Below are positions 1 through 16,343 of a stretch of 64,000 nucleotides of DNA, one piece after another. Position 1 is the stretch's first letter, and every line of letters begins with the position of its first letter. Under the pieces are notes generated by a model. The model was not told the origin of the DNA. It did not search any database and worked only from the letters and a program-made list of their open reading frames with translations. Made by a program: the position numbers and the translations under genes. Source of the DNA: Octopus vulgaris (Eukaryota); NCBI GenBank assembly GCA_951406725.2, contig OX597818.1:67332001-67396000 (forward strand), given 5' to 3'.

Positions 1-1282
1 GTGAAACACAGCAATAAACACGCCCAAAACCTAATGTATGCATAAAAGCGTCATAAATATGATTTGTAGTATCGAATGGGTTTCTCTAAATGTAGCCAGT
101 GACATATACTCTGTACAAGATTTACTCTCTTTCCGAGCAGAACTGAGAGAAAGATAAATGTACGATTTGTATATTAGAAGGAATTCCTCAAGGAATTATC
201 ATAAATTTCTGTCACATTTCGAAATGGTTTTGAAATATCAACCAACGAATATGTTTATAGTAAATGAATTAATTAATAATTAATGCAGTAATAAAAGGTA
301 GTATTGATATAGAGCACTTAGAGAAATAGTAGAGGAAAGTCCATGATTTTATATACTGAATACAAAAGTGAAATGTTACATAAATACATACACAAATACA
401 TACATACATACAGAGAGCGTATGAAAATTTACCATCAAACCTGGACGGGAAAGAAGATATTTATGGAGAGATAATGCAGAACTTACAGCTCTTGTGCTCT
501 GGTTATAGATTCACCTTAGTAACTACATGAGGCTACATACCTACAAATTTGCAGAAAAATCTAGAAATATTAGTTTTTTCGAAGAAGGGTCGAAACAAAT
601 TAATCTCCAAGTTCAATCTATTAATAGCAAAGTGGAGAATTATAAAACATTACAAATATTCTACATCTGAGCTTCAGAAGCATGGACTTTGGAGCTTGCA
701 TCGGCAGTTCAAGCAACGCCTTAACTCAACGCATCTTTATAAGCACAATGGACTCCAACTCAAAATTCGTGTTGCTTTGCTTGCGACCGGTTCGATATCT
801 CTCGTGAAGACCTTAAGCCTAACTCAAGAAATATACATACATGGTGTAATCACATTTGATCGTTAAGAAGCAATGGTCATGCATAACGCCAGCCATGCCT
901 GCGCAAAATTTTAGGTCAAATAAGATTTTCTCGAGACTTCAAAAGATGCATATTTAGTGCTAAAAGGAGTTCGAGAATGTATAGAGAGTCGTTAGAATTC
1001 AGTGAATAGTCTGCTTTCTAACCTTTAAAAAAGTGACAGCCTTCTTTCTGAGGTGATATTAACGACATTAATGTCTGAAGTACCTATCCTGTAGCCTGAA
1101 GTGCAGGTCTAAAATGGATTTGGAAATTGTAGTTGGTGAAGTTTGGATATATGGCTTGGTTTTCTGTCGGTTTCGACAACGAGTATTGCAGTTGATCCGG
1201 TCAACGGAACAGCTTGCTCGTGAAAAGAAATTGGAAGTTGCTGAATACTCCCCAGACACGCGTCACATTAACGTGACTCTGA

Positions 1283-1364
1283 GCGACATTCAGTTTAACA
1301 CAGTATTATAAATTCAGCCCTTTATACATCCGGGTTTATAATACTGTGTTAAACCGAATGTCGC
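1283..1364. repeat. Short near-perfect inverted repeat (about 30-bp arms, about 20-nt loop)
   Basis: gcgacattcagtttaacacagtattataaa (1283-1312) is the reverse complement of tttataatactgtgttaaaccgaatgtcgc (1335-1364) with one difference. Confidence 0.85.
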
Positions 1365-2017
1365 ATGTACAGCTCATTTTAAAACTGAGAGATAATGAGC
1401 CTGGGAATCGAACACACAATCTGTATAATCTTGAACCAACCACAATAACTACTAAGCCACATTCTAAATGAATTCTGATGCAGCACACATGAAAGTGCTT
1501 TACTCCTGCTCAAAGTTTGGAAGACTTTTGAGATTGCTGAAGTCCAGCAAATCACAAATGATAAATTGTCATGGGTAACTGACATTTGAAATGTGATGAT
1601 CTGGATCTCGGCTCGCAAGTGATCCGATCCGATGAAGTACCGCCGCTGCATGCTGATCCAGCTTGACTAGAATTCATTTTGGTCAAGTCCTTCCATCCTA
1701 GTAACCCCTGCCCCCACTACCCGAGCTTCATGGAGGGGAGGTTTTCGCGCTTTTCGTTGGATATATATGAATGTAAAGCGAAAGAAAATTTAAATAACAC
1801 TTAGCACTAAATTCTTTGATGAACCTAAGTATTTTAGATAAAAGTAGGATAATACATATAACATACCATAGAGAGCAGTTAACTTCAAGGAATGTGGCGC
1901 AACTAAAATGTCACTTGGCAAAATGAACAATAAAAGCAACATAACACATTGAGTTTCACACAAAGTAGAAGAATATTTATTTATAGTAAATCAAAACAGG
2001 TTATTGTATTATTGTCT

Positions 2018-2342
2018 TTTGTTTGTCTCAATCATTGGATAGCAGCCATACTTGGGCACCGTCTTGAAGAATCGAGCCCTGTATAATTTTAAATCGGGTA
2101 CTTATTCAGTTGTCATCTTTCACTAAATCTCTATGTTACGGGAACGTAAGCACACCGGAACCGACTGTCAAGCGGCGGGTAGGGGGTAGGAAAATAGGCA
2201 AAAAGACAGGCTTCTTTCAGTTTCTATTTACTGAAGCCACTCAGGATTCTTTGGCCAGCACGATGTCTGGAACATACTTGCCGGCGGTTGCACGGAACGG
2301 GACTGAACCCGGAACTATTTGCTCTGAGAAGCAAACTTCTAA
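2018..2342 (-). mobile_element. SINE family B (tRNA head, CORE-like body), degenerate copy
   Basis: Aligns by eye to the clean copy at 32912-33390 (caggcttctttcagttt; gggactgaacccggaac). Confidence 0.75.
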
Positions 2343-2892
2343 GTGAAAAGACAGAGTCGCGAACAGCAGTTTGACTTATAGGAAATATATGAAGCGGAGA
2401 TTTTCCATTCACAGCAGTTATAATGCGAGAAACTACTAAAAATTATTCATACCATATTTATGATCGTCTAACAAATATATATTCTCAATGATACAAAATT
2501 AAATATAGTCTTAGCAACATCACCAGATGTAAAGTTTCAAACCATTATTTTATATTATTACCATAAATAATAAGTGAAAATACTGGGAAATAAATAATGT
2601 GCAACCATCGACATATTCTAGAGTTTCAGTTGACTCGTTTCTGTGTGTTAACTTAAGAAATATTACAGCTAGACTTGACAACTTGAGTTTACACATGGAA
2701 TACAGATATTCACAAATGGAATGCAATCAATCTCTCATGAAGTAACGTCTATGGAGGTATTGTTATCATGTGCAGGACATTGCTGTTTCGTTCAGTGAAT
2801 CTTTATATGCTGCATTTGTTGTCTGTTACCATACCTCTATGTCTAAGAGTATATTATTTGTCTCTGAGAGCACGCTTGTGCTTCTGTCGGTG

Positions 2893-3640
<748 letters not shown>

Positions 3641-4272
3641 GTGTATGTATCCCTTTATATCTATGTACCTATGTATGTATGCCCACATGTTCCACTGCAT
3701 ATAACTGGAAGTGATTACCACATACAAAAGTAAGATATAATATACATGTAAGCCTAAGTAATGTAACAACCTTTTTCTCTGTTCGGGCCCAGGGATATCT
3801 TTAAAGTCGTCGAATTGCAGGACTTGTATTTTTTAATTTTTATTTTCAACTTTCACACAGCAAAAATAGTCCTCCTCTTTATTCTTCCGCAGTGTTTCTC
3901 TTTACGTTTTCGAAAATTAGATCCTCCCCCCTTATGGATGATACTTCATTCTTCAGATCATCACTCATTCTTTGTTTGCATTAATTACCACATTTTGTCG
4001 ATCTCCTTTACTTTCTAATCGTAGACTTTCTCACTCTATAACAGTATATCCCTCACACACAGTGTGTGTGTGTTTATTACCGAGTGTGTATGCATGTGCG
4101 TGTGCGTGATTTTATGTGTGTATTTCTTAGTGTGTGAGGAGTTTCGTTAGGCCGATATTAAAACGATATTTGAAAGATTTTATTTTATTAGCACTCTTCT
4201 CATTTAGTAAATATGTTTTTCATACAGGCACACACACACGCGCACACGCACACACACACACACACACATACG

Positions 4273-4303
<31 letters not shown>

Positions 4304-4974
4304 TCGTGGAATCGCTTGATCTAGACCAGGGACAAAGATTTAAATTACAAACCTTTTGTAGTTATATTCCAGCAATGGACCACTGCATTAACATTCCATA
4401 AAATGTGTTTATGGGGAGGGAGAATATTGTAAACATCAATACATGTCTGAATGACAAAGAAACGCGGAAGTATAAGGTGGTTGGAGATGTGCTAGTAACA
4501 ACAGCTAAATATCATTTAAAATGACAAGTCTTTGTCTGAAAATTATAAACAGAAATATATTCTAGATTCGGTTTGCTCGTATTTCAAAACTGTGATTAAT
4601 ATAATACTTCGAAACAAATTCCGAAAATTTAGATTTACAGGTGTAATTAAACAAAATATTTTTTTTTAAAATTCACTTTAAATAAACTTAAATAAAGTTT
4701 CATTTCTTGTTTGGAAAGAAATATAGCGTGGATTACGATGGAGATCGTAGATTTCCTATTTACTTTTTTATAGTTTGAAGTTTCTCTAATCGTTTTAAGT
4801 GCGTTGAGCCAAATAAAAAAGTTGGCAAAGATGGGGGTGATGTGTGTGAGGATGGGGAGGTGTGTGTGAAATAATTCGTGCATATTCATTTTTCTTTTTA
4901 TTTCCTAAAAGGTGTCCCCAATTTTATGTATACATATTTAAAAATAAATAAATAAATAAATTGAACGGTACATA

Positions 4975-5083
4975 TTCTATTCCATTTTGCTGAAACGCTA
5001 AGTCACTGAGATATAAATACACCAACACTGGGTGCCATGTTGTGATGGGGAGAGAAACACAGACATAAAACACAGATATATCA

Positions 5084-5152
<69 letters not shown>

Positions 5153-5303
5153 CATACATGACGGGATTCTTTCAGTTCCCATCTACCAAATCCAGCCACA
5201 GTGCTTCGGTCTGTCCGAAGCTATATTAGAAATCACTCGCCCAAGTTGCCAAGCATTTGTACTGAACCCAGAACCATGCGGTTGGGAAGCAAGCTTCTTA
5301 ACA
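4975..5303 (-). mobile_element. SINE family B copy with internal (TA)/(TG) tract
   Basis: Matches 32912-33390 (ctttcagttcccatctaccaaatcc; actgaacccagaaccatg). Confidence 0.8.
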
Positions 5304-5599
5304 CTGAAAATTATAGACATAGATATGTTCACAAGTTTCATTCCAGAAGGTATTTATCAATTTCCAAGACGTGCAAACTCTCATTCTCTTCCATTCTACG
5401 ATCCTCTGACTTGACCACACTTGTTGTAGATCTGCAGCCATTTCGTAAGGCCCCTTTGTAAGTGCCCCAAAGTGAAGTTTTCCAGCTTTGGGGAATAACC
5501 AATTACCACAAGGATCAGCGCATGTGCTCTATAGAAGGGGATGCTCTTCCCTGTCAAGGTTTTCATTACAAATATCGAATTGTCCCAATCCAAGTGTTC

Positions 5600-6000
5600 T
5601 GGTCCTTTGTGCAGGAATTTCTCCCTGAACTCCTTCCAATTCTTCACAAAATACACAGCATTGATCATCTGGTCAGAGGGAAACCGCTGGAAGTAAAATT
5701 TGGTCTTCTTCTCAAAAGAGTGAACACTCATGAGCTTCCCGATCTCCCAAGTGGACTTGCTTTGTCTGGCCTCCAGTGGCAGGCCAACGAAAAACAGAAG
5801 CTCAGCAAATATAAGTTCTTCCAAAACTTATCTGGATATTTAACAGATTCTTTAGTCTTTTATGCCGTTTGACATAGAACTTGACTGCATTGTGAACTTC
5901 CAAATCGATTTCACGTCTCGACAGTTGGAAACAGCGTGTAACAGGTTGCGTTCAGGGAGTTGTTATAGCCGTCTTTTTCAGTTTTAAATCACAATTTTTG
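5600..6000 (-). mobile_element. Degenerate mariner transposase remnant
   Basis: Minus-strand translation EARQSKS...KLM...PSDQMINAVYF...REKFLHKGPE resembles mariner KARQSKS..KxM..QTINAxYY..LREK.RxKRPE; an N-terminal KLKKTA-like piece lies near 5965-5995. Confidence 0.6.
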
Positions 6001-6169
6001 CCAGATCAGCTTATTACAAGAAAAGTAAAATTTCAATGATCTAGAAAAATTATAACTTCTAAATCTTCTAAATAAATCTCAAAACGTATGGGGGTGCAGG
6101 CATTTCTTATATACATGGATGAGGAAATAGATAGGTAGATAGATGTACAGGGGTATATATACATATATA

Positions 6170-6207
<38 letters not shown>

Positions 6208-6259
6208 ACTATATATATATATGTATATACATATATATATTGTGTGTATTTATATATAT

Positions 6260-6309
<50 letters not shown>

Positions 6310-6729
6310 TTATATGCTTCTGCATCATACACAAGCACAGATAATGGCACAAATGTATGCATATATATTATATTCATAAGCATGTACAATTGCATGGATA
6401 AAGTGCAGGTCCTTCACATGTGTCAGTTAGGATGTTTTCATTAATTATTATTAATTCGATGTAGCTTCAGTTGAAGAATACTTGGGATGATAATCATTGA
6501 AGATACATTAGCAAAAACAACATTTAGCACGATCTTCCACAAATTTCCATAACTAACGCCTCACAAAATGCGCTGATAGCAGTTTCAACAGTTAATGTAA
6601 GTACTCTTCATCATGCAGATACTGCAATGGGTTGGGGTGTGAGAGACATAGATAAGCACTAGAGAAATTATATATATTTAATAACAGCTGAAGTATCAGC
6701 AACGGTAGCAATAATAATACGAATGGAAA

Positions 6730-8285
<1,556 letters not shown>

Positions 8286-8319
8286 CATTTTGGAGATATG
8301 TCGGAAATCAATGAGTCAA

Positions 8320-8430
<111 letters not shown>

Positions 8431-8879
8431 TAGTAATACCATGCACACCCTACTCATACAGTAAATACACAACAGTATATACAATATCCGCAACATGTAT
8501 GATCGATGTTTGAATCCCGACAGAGGAAAACAACCTACGCTGCCCAAACAACACGCAATACAAAAGCTAATACAACAGAAGACTCAAACCAAACACTGTA
8601 ACAAATCTTACAGATAGAATACAATAAACACTCCCTCCCCAACCACCCCTAACAAATTCAGCGCACATCTCTCCACAAGTGATGCAATAGAAAGTTGCTT
8701 GTAACATTCAGGAGTCGGACAATAAGAGTGGTGATGACGATGACGAGGAACGTTACTTGGCCTCAGACTATAAGGGACAGGAGTTTCCGAAGAAACTCTG
8801 ATTGTGACAGCGAAAATGAAACAGCAACATTAAGAGAAGGCCTCTCGCTTCGCAGTTGTTCAGACTGACCACATGTTAT

Positions 8880-9020
8880 TATACTACACCTATCCTGTAA
8901 ACCTCTAAGGAAATACTGGGGTTTTTTTTCCGCAAGAAACGTGTTAATTTCATGGCTCAATGACAATAACAAAGAAATCCTCAAACTACTTATACAGAAG
9001 CGATTTCCCTACTGGGATCG
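8880..9020 (+). mobile_element. Possible RTE-clade LINE remnant
   Basis: SWLNDNNKEILKLLIQKR resembles the RTE DWFDxNxxEIxxLLxxKR motif. Confidence 0.4.
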
Positions 9021-9906
9021 CTTTGAGAGAGCATGTTGCCTTGGAATGAAAGCAGTCGTCTACTTTATCTATATGAGTGTCAGGCACAAAAATCCCCCGA
9101 CTCTATGTTTGTGCATGTGTGTGTGTGTGAGTTTTTTTGTGTGAAGATTAAATGAAGATTGTAGACATATAAAGAAGGCAAATTATAGCTATAGTTAGGT
9201 GGACCGAACGAATAAACAACAAACACAATCGATTTTCTGCATTTATTGAGGAATCGTCTGTCGTCTGTACATCACTTGACTAATACTCGGCAAACAAGCG
9301 GCCAGTCCGTTTACATTAACATTGATTCGTGTAGCTTCTGAGACTTACAACTTCTAATTCACATCCTATAAGTTTCAACTTGGTACTCTTCACAGGAAAT
9401 CCAGTCCACATAATATCACGTTATCATGGTACGACAAACTTCTTTCAGATTCCGTCTACCAAATCCACCCGCAAATTTCGATCGGCTCAAGGCTATATTT
9501 GAAATCACTTTCCCAAGATGGAATGCAGTCCGTTTATATACACAACATCCAAAATTAGTTTTCCTTTTGCTGCTATATGTATTTTCTTTATCTAACTGAT
9601 TGCTCACTACTTTGTATCTTTCTGTAGCTCTCATTGCAAACAGTTTCAACAGGTTTACCATCAAATCTATATTCTTTTTACTTCCTCTATCTGGAATTGA
9701 GTGACTGACAGGTATCTTCATTCGCAACACCCTCGATCCTTTAAAACCGACATCGTTCTCGTAGCAACATATTTCTTTGCCGTATCTGCATTGACGGAGT
9801 ATACCATAAAAATACAAATCACCAGCCAGACAGAAGCGAGAAGTGTACGCATTAAAGATGATGGTAATGTATACCAAGAACCAAAGTTTTAACTCTGTCA
9901 TCAATA

Positions 9907-9907
<1 letters not shown>

Positions 9908-9962
<55 letters not shown>

Positions 9963-10027
9963 ATGTCTGCTTGTCTGTCTATCTCTAGATCTATCTATCT
10001 GTCTATCTATCTAACTACCTACTTATG
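9908..10027. repeat. (ATCT)n microsatellite
   Basis: Direct reading. Confidence 0.95.
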
Positions 10028-10139
10028 TATTTATCTGTCTATCTATACTTGAACGATCGCAGATATTTGAGTGAGTGTGTGCGTGTATGTGTGTAATAGA
10101 TATGACTATTACTTGGTTAACTCATTAAGCTAAGATACT

Positions 10140-10470
10140 GTTTGTGCAGCACCTTAAAGAATGTTAGCCGAACGAAAATCAGCCGAAGCCTGGTCCGCAT
10201 TATTTTTGTCTCCTTTCCTGAATCACTAAGTTACAAAGACATAAACACCCCAATATCGGTTGTCAAACGGTGGTGGATAAGCAGAGACTTAGATCCTCTT
10301 CATTTATCTATGTGTACACAACAACGGCCAACGTTCAGTTTCCATCCTTCAAATCCAATCACAGGGATCTAGTCATGCCGAAGCTACAGTAGAAATCACC
10401 TGCCCCAGGTGCCACAGCGTAGGGCTGAACCCTTAACCATGTGGATGTGAAGTAAACTTCTTACCACGTA
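10140..10470 (-). mobile_element. SINE family B, degenerate copy (another fragment at 9428-9530)
   Basis: tcggttgtcaaacgg; tgccccaggtgccac; gggctgaacccttaaccatgtgg. Confidence 0.7.
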
Positions 10471-10542
10471 GACACACTTATGACTACATCAATAACTTCT
10501 GCATATAAATAAATAAGTAAATAAATAATTAATATACATATA

Positions 10543-10595
<53 letters not shown>

Positions 10596-10604
10596 CATAC
10601 ATAC

Positions 10605-10635
<31 letters not shown>

Positions 10636-11787
10636 CATACATTGCATACGTGAATATATGAATTCATGCATTCATTCATACATGCCTGCATTTTATTACG
10701 TCGTATAAATATAGTGAATGTATTAAACCCATCAGGCTCTACTCTCCATTAATGAAAGTTTCTAAATGGCGTCCATAGAAAAAAAAAGAAAACTATAGTA
10801 GCTGAAATTCTCTAAGCACTTTATTGATGAACGTCATTGATTCAAATATCAGCTGATGATGTTTTCAATATAATTCCACCAAATACTACTAAATCTCTGG
10901 ACACGATATTTGAAATATATAAAGCTTAGAATACCATCAGGGTGCATATTCCAACTCCTTTCATCCTTTGTTAGCTAATGATTTTACATACCCCGTTTTG
11001 TATTTTGCGTATATTCATACTTCTAAATTTGTATCGATTTGCTATTCATTTTCTAGTGGATCTATACATACCACGCTTGTATTGTTACTGCCAGAGAACA
11101 TTTTATGTATTTATTTTGCTGCACATTAAACCTTGTTGAAAAGTCTCTGGCTGTTTGTGCTGATCAGTAATAATGAGCTATTAACCTCCGGAGCCGTATT
11201 ACAGAGTTTGGACGAAAATGATTTGCGGAGAGGAATATTTGCTCCCATAACAACATCTAAAAAACCAGAAAAATCATTATTGCTGACAATAGAATTTTGC
11301 AGGGATTACGTGTACTGCACTCGCATGTGCCAATCACAGTTGCTTAAAGTGTATAAACTAAAGGAAGGTGGCATATATGTGTTCACCATCCTTGTTAGAT
11401 ATAACAGCTAAACATGTGGCAAATTACACTCGGTCAACACACACACACACACTGTGCCTACACTAAGACAATATGAAAACAATTCATTCAAACTTTGGTT
11501 CTGTTAATTTTATCTAACCCCGTACGCCTAAAGAATCCCTCACAGCACATGATTAAGATGCTCCGCCTCTGCTCCGGCTCACATTCCCAGAGTCACATAT
11601 TGTCAGCCACCAAATGACTCAAAGAGTTAGAACAAAGCAACTGACAAAACAATCGGTGGTTTTGACAAAATCATTTGCTATAACGATATTTCTGCTTGGA
11701 CAGCACATAGCTAAGTCTGTCTCAAATGTAATAGAATATAGGTCATGCAGATCTATATTTAAGAGATAAGGAATTATGTACATTATT

Positions 11788-11833
11788 AACACAACGCTTC
11801 GGCTGATGTACTCTCCAGCCTTCATCAGGTGTC
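11788..11833 (-). ncRNA. Minimal hammerhead ribozyme motif (SINE D tail), one core mutation
   Basis: Reverse complement: gacac-CTGATGA-a-ggctg[gagagtacat]cagcc-GAAG-cg-TT-gtgtt. Confidence 0.7.
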
Positions 11834-13674
11834 TTGGGGAAAGAAGCGACGAGAAAATTTCATATCAGCGCATTTTCTGATTTCTTTTTTTAATCTTGTG
11901 GTACACATCTGTCAAGCTTTTTTTGATTTTCCGATCGTATGTAAATGGTTTAAGGCAGTTTTCTAGAAACCTAGAGATTCTTTTACCAGTTCTCGAGTGT
12001 TTGTACATGGATCTTTCTCAATGAGTATAGATAGGGGTAAAACTTACACTAAATTATTAATTCCCGTAATGTTTAGATAGGTTGCATTATTTGAATGCGT
12101 TTATAATATAGTCGTTGAGGGTTTCCATAGGTTTAGAATTTTCTATATATATTGGTATTGAAATTTTAGGTGTTTAATTTTTTAATTTTTAAAAATTTTA
12201 ATTTTTTAATTTTTAAAAATTTTAATTTTTAAATGTATATTTATAACTTATATATTTATCCATATTCTTATTTTTCTATTTAATATGACATGTCGTTTTA
12301 ACTTTGATCGATTAATAATGATAACAATAAGATAAATAGCCAAAAACACGTGTAGCGTTGATTAAAAATATCTTCTTTTCCCACAGGTTAATAATAGGTA
12401 GTTATATATATTTATTCAAATAATTTTCTTTTAATAATATTATTTCATATTTGATAGTAGGTTTTTTTTTAATGCCTATCTAATTTTATTGGATATAACT
12501 TTCTATGTGTATTCCATAAAATGTTATTCTGAAATAGAAGTTGCGTTCTACTGGTAAAATCCCAAATTTGTAATAATATTATAAATGATACTGTTTACAT
12601 TGCATTAGTAAAGTGTAAACTAGTATGCATCCTGATAACCTGGAATAGTTATTATTCCCTAAGGTTATATATTTGTGTGTGTGTGTGTGTACGTACGTTT
12701 AACATGCAAAACTCAAAGTTTACTACCAGTAACTTATATATACATGTATAATTAAATAACATATATTTATTCATAAAATTATGTGCAAATAGAGGTGTAC
12801 ATGGATTTACATGGGCATGCATCCCCACCAACACACACACACAAATCTATATAATGAATTGTATAGTAATATATAGCAAGTGGCCATACTAACGGCATTC
12901 GTTTACGCCGTAATTCACTTGTATATAAAATCCTTGAGGTGTTGTTAATTGCACAACATCAGTAGGTCGTAGCGAGGTTTTACATTCGTACGAATTCCTA
13001 AAGCAAACGTTGAGCTGCGATAACCAATTATATACATTTGGCAAGAACAGCTAATTACATATCAGCTATGTAATTTTATTAGACAATTCAAAGATAAATC
13101 TCTGATCCATGAGATACTTATAAATTTACTGCATTATGCGGCAGCTGAATTGCCTCTTCATGATAAACTTGCTACCAGCACCGAGCTGATTCTTTGTACA
13201 AACTTTGAGTTAATTGTCAAGGACTATTCTCTTAGCATGATGAAATAAATGCAAATGTCACTTCAGCTTTATTCAACGAGTCTTTAGCTGTGTTTCTCTG
13301 TTATAAGTACATGAAATGAGGAATGTTATTTTCTGAAGAATTAGTCTTCCTTGTCAGCTGATATTTGTTCACATAACCCTTAAGGAAATTGTTATACGCT
13401 GATACAGATGATATCAAACCAAAATGCTGATGGCCATAAATGAAACTTATACAAATAATAAATTTACCCTACACCAATGTCGAAGATTTTATAATGTTTG
13501 AATATGTGCCACCCTTCCTCCAATATAATTAAAACACTAAAAACGTAAACTTTTGCACACACAAACATCTTTAGCATTCCCGATACACGTGTTCCACTCT
13601 TCTGCCTCACTCATTTCAGTCTTTTGGATAATGCATCCATCATCATTTGAAAATTGGTTGAAGTAAATTTTCCT

Positions 13675-13835
13675 GGAGACCACCTCCCGCTGTGGGATGA
13701 AGCTAAAATAATAAACAGAGAACACCACGGTAAACTACGGAGACTAAAAGAAACATGACATATGCTAGGACACAACAACCTTCCTAAACAGACCGAGTGA
13801 AGATATGAATAGCATATGGGAACTGGTATTAAGGA
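13675..13835 (+). mobile_element. Penelope-like element, GIY-YIG endonuclease C-terminal remnant
   Basis: GDHLPLWDEAKIINREHHGKLRRLKET*HMLGHNN / NRPSEDMNSIWELVL fits the PLE H...W....I...E....R..KE..I.....NR......IW pattern. Confidence 0.7.
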
Positions 13836-13887
13836 AGGATAGGAAAATATTAGATTTATAGCCCTAAAATTCACTTTATAATTGCAC

Positions 13888-14100
13888 GGGCATATGGCGT
13901 AGTGGTTAAGAAGGCTACTAACACTTAGATTCCGAGTTCAATTCCGGCCAGCGACCTGAATGATGATAATAATAATAATAATAATAACATCGAAAAATAT
14001 CTTAGGAAATTTCTCCAAGACACCTGATGAAGTTTGGAGGGTATATCAGAGGAAACGTTGTGTTAACAACAAACAAAAAGAGGACAAATATTCTTCAAAT
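13888..14100 (+). mobile_element. SINE family D: tRNA-like head + (AAT)n + hammerhead-containing tail
   Basis: A-box tggcgtagtgg, B-box gagttcaattcc, (AAT)n, then gacac-CTGATGA...GAAA-cg-TT-gtgtt (14019-14064); homologs at 45050-45715 and 61381-62950. Confidence 0.8.
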
Positions 14101-16169
14101 GGCTACTGTTTATAGTGACCCTGAAACACTGTCCATAGGATATAAAGGAAGCACGAAATGTTGGACAGCTTTTCAGTTCCCTGAAAATATAAAAAAATAG
14201 AACAAACTTTCAGGGAGAAAAATTACATACAAAAGTCTACATTCATTTCACATTTGAAGTTAATTCTCTCATTACAAGAAAGAAAATTCACAACTGCGAG
14301 ACGTCCCCTGTGTACATATGTATAGGTTCTCTCTACTCGTATTACAAATCTGGTTGTAATAGTGTTGTTTTTGAACTAAAACCCCAGTCGTACAAATGAT
14401 TAGGTGATGGATAAATTGGTTAGAAACAAGGTTTGTATGCCCTCCTGAACAGTGCTAGACGTGCGCTGCTGCGGATTAAACTCCTTAGACATATACCTTT
14501 ATTGTAAAATGTAATAGTTACAAGATGTAAGCTGGTTCTGCCATCAGATTTCAATTACTGATAGGGAGATATAAAGCTATCGTGTGAGAGAGAGAGAGAC
14601 AAAACGAGAACGAAAAAGGGATAGAATGGCAGACATAATAAAAATCAACAACAATAATGGTCTTCTCCGAAAAAATACAAGAAAAGTCTGTCCCGGTGGT
14701 ATTTGAAGTGAAAGAACGTACATAGGAATGACTAACACAAAGCAATCTATCCGACGTTCTCTCAACATTTTCAATAGTATTGCACGTCACCTAAAAGATG
14801 GTAGTATATATATATATATGTATATATATATATTAGGGTGGGGGTCAATAGATATAGGTTATATTCTTGCATGAATGTTTAGTTCTATTTTTGTCTTACT
14901 GCTTGAGAATGTCTGACGACTTTTTACGGCAAAGAACAAAGTTCGATATAATGATAACATGACTTACAGTATAAGAATGCTAATCTCTTTGGCAGATAAA
15001 ATCCCTCAAAGTGGTTTCCCAGCATGAATGAAAGAAGTAAAGGAAATATGTATAATGAGATAAAACATGGCAACGATAGAAAATGTTAAACTCGGTAGAG
15101 TCTTCTCCAGAGACCGTGGAAACTTTATTAGCAGCCAAATTTGCTACGAATAGCAGCGTTTCCCTCCGAGTTCGCCTCGCTCTGACGCAGTGAAACTGGA
15201 GGAGCCAATTAGACAATGATTTATGAGAAAGGATATACCAATGAAAACTAATGGGTTGTAAGGAGTAGTATGCAGTTCGTCGTAGATCGGTTCTGGAGGG
15301 GTTGAATGGGGTTAAGCAAGTGCATCAAAAAGAACGCCAAAATTAATAAATCCAATTTCTGGATTTGCGTGTTGGCGGTCATATAGAATCGAAAAAAAAA
15401 TAATGCTCTTTAATATTTTCAGAAATTTAACGAATGGTTTTAGCGATTCTAAACGAAGACAAACGAAATATGTCTCAGGTGGAAGACGTTCAACAATAAA
15501 ATGTGTAATTCTAGAGTCTTTTTACACTTTTTCATGTAAGGTTTATACAAACGCTTTATCATTCCATTAAGAGGTCTCGAGGTATTTCTCTCAGCATTTC
15601 GTTTTTAATACACGATTAAGAATTTTAAGGAGGAAAACAAACGAAACAGAAATAAATATAACTCCATTAAGTATTTTCGAATTGAATGGAGAAAACATAA
15701 GATATATTACCGGGTGTTCCTAACTGTTAATGATATTACCTGGCTGTTTAGGGTTTTTTACCTTACAATTTATTAGTATCAAAATCATCACCATCATCAT
15801 AACCATTATTTTTGTTGCTGTGATGTTGCTATCATCATCGTCGTCAGCAACATCGATCATGAATATCATTATCAATATCTCCATAATCATCGACGTCGGC
15901 GCCATACCTATCATTTGTTTATTTATGTATTTCATTTGTATATTATTTATTTAGTTTTATATTAAAAGGTATTTCTTTCATGGAAAGACAATTGCTTCGC
16001 TGTAAGAATGCAAGTTATGACATATAAATCTTAAGAATTTAACAATATTTTACCGAATAGCAGCGGACACAGACATCTGAAAACAGCTACATGAGACATA
16101 GAGGAATGATTAATAATACTGCAAAGATTCGTATGTATGTATGTATGACCTCGTGAAGACTACCTGCAA

Positions 16170-16343
16170 TTTTTTTTCCTCTTTCCTCCCGTCTCGGGAT
16201 CTTTCTTTCTCAATGTTTCCGACGAAGAGCTCCGCTCGAAACGTCATACCCTCCTTCTTCCATTTTCCTGAGCGCCTAATAGTAATAATACTGTAATTGT
16301 TCCACGTGTTGTTGTTTTTTCTGTTTTCCCGTTTGGATTAACC

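Noticed and set aside
9416-9904. 162-aa ORF
   Set aside because: Runs into a SINE B fragment and shows no recognisable domain
11850-12660. Possible Penelope ORF remnant on the minus strand
   Set aside because: Too AT-rich and degenerate for a motif-level call
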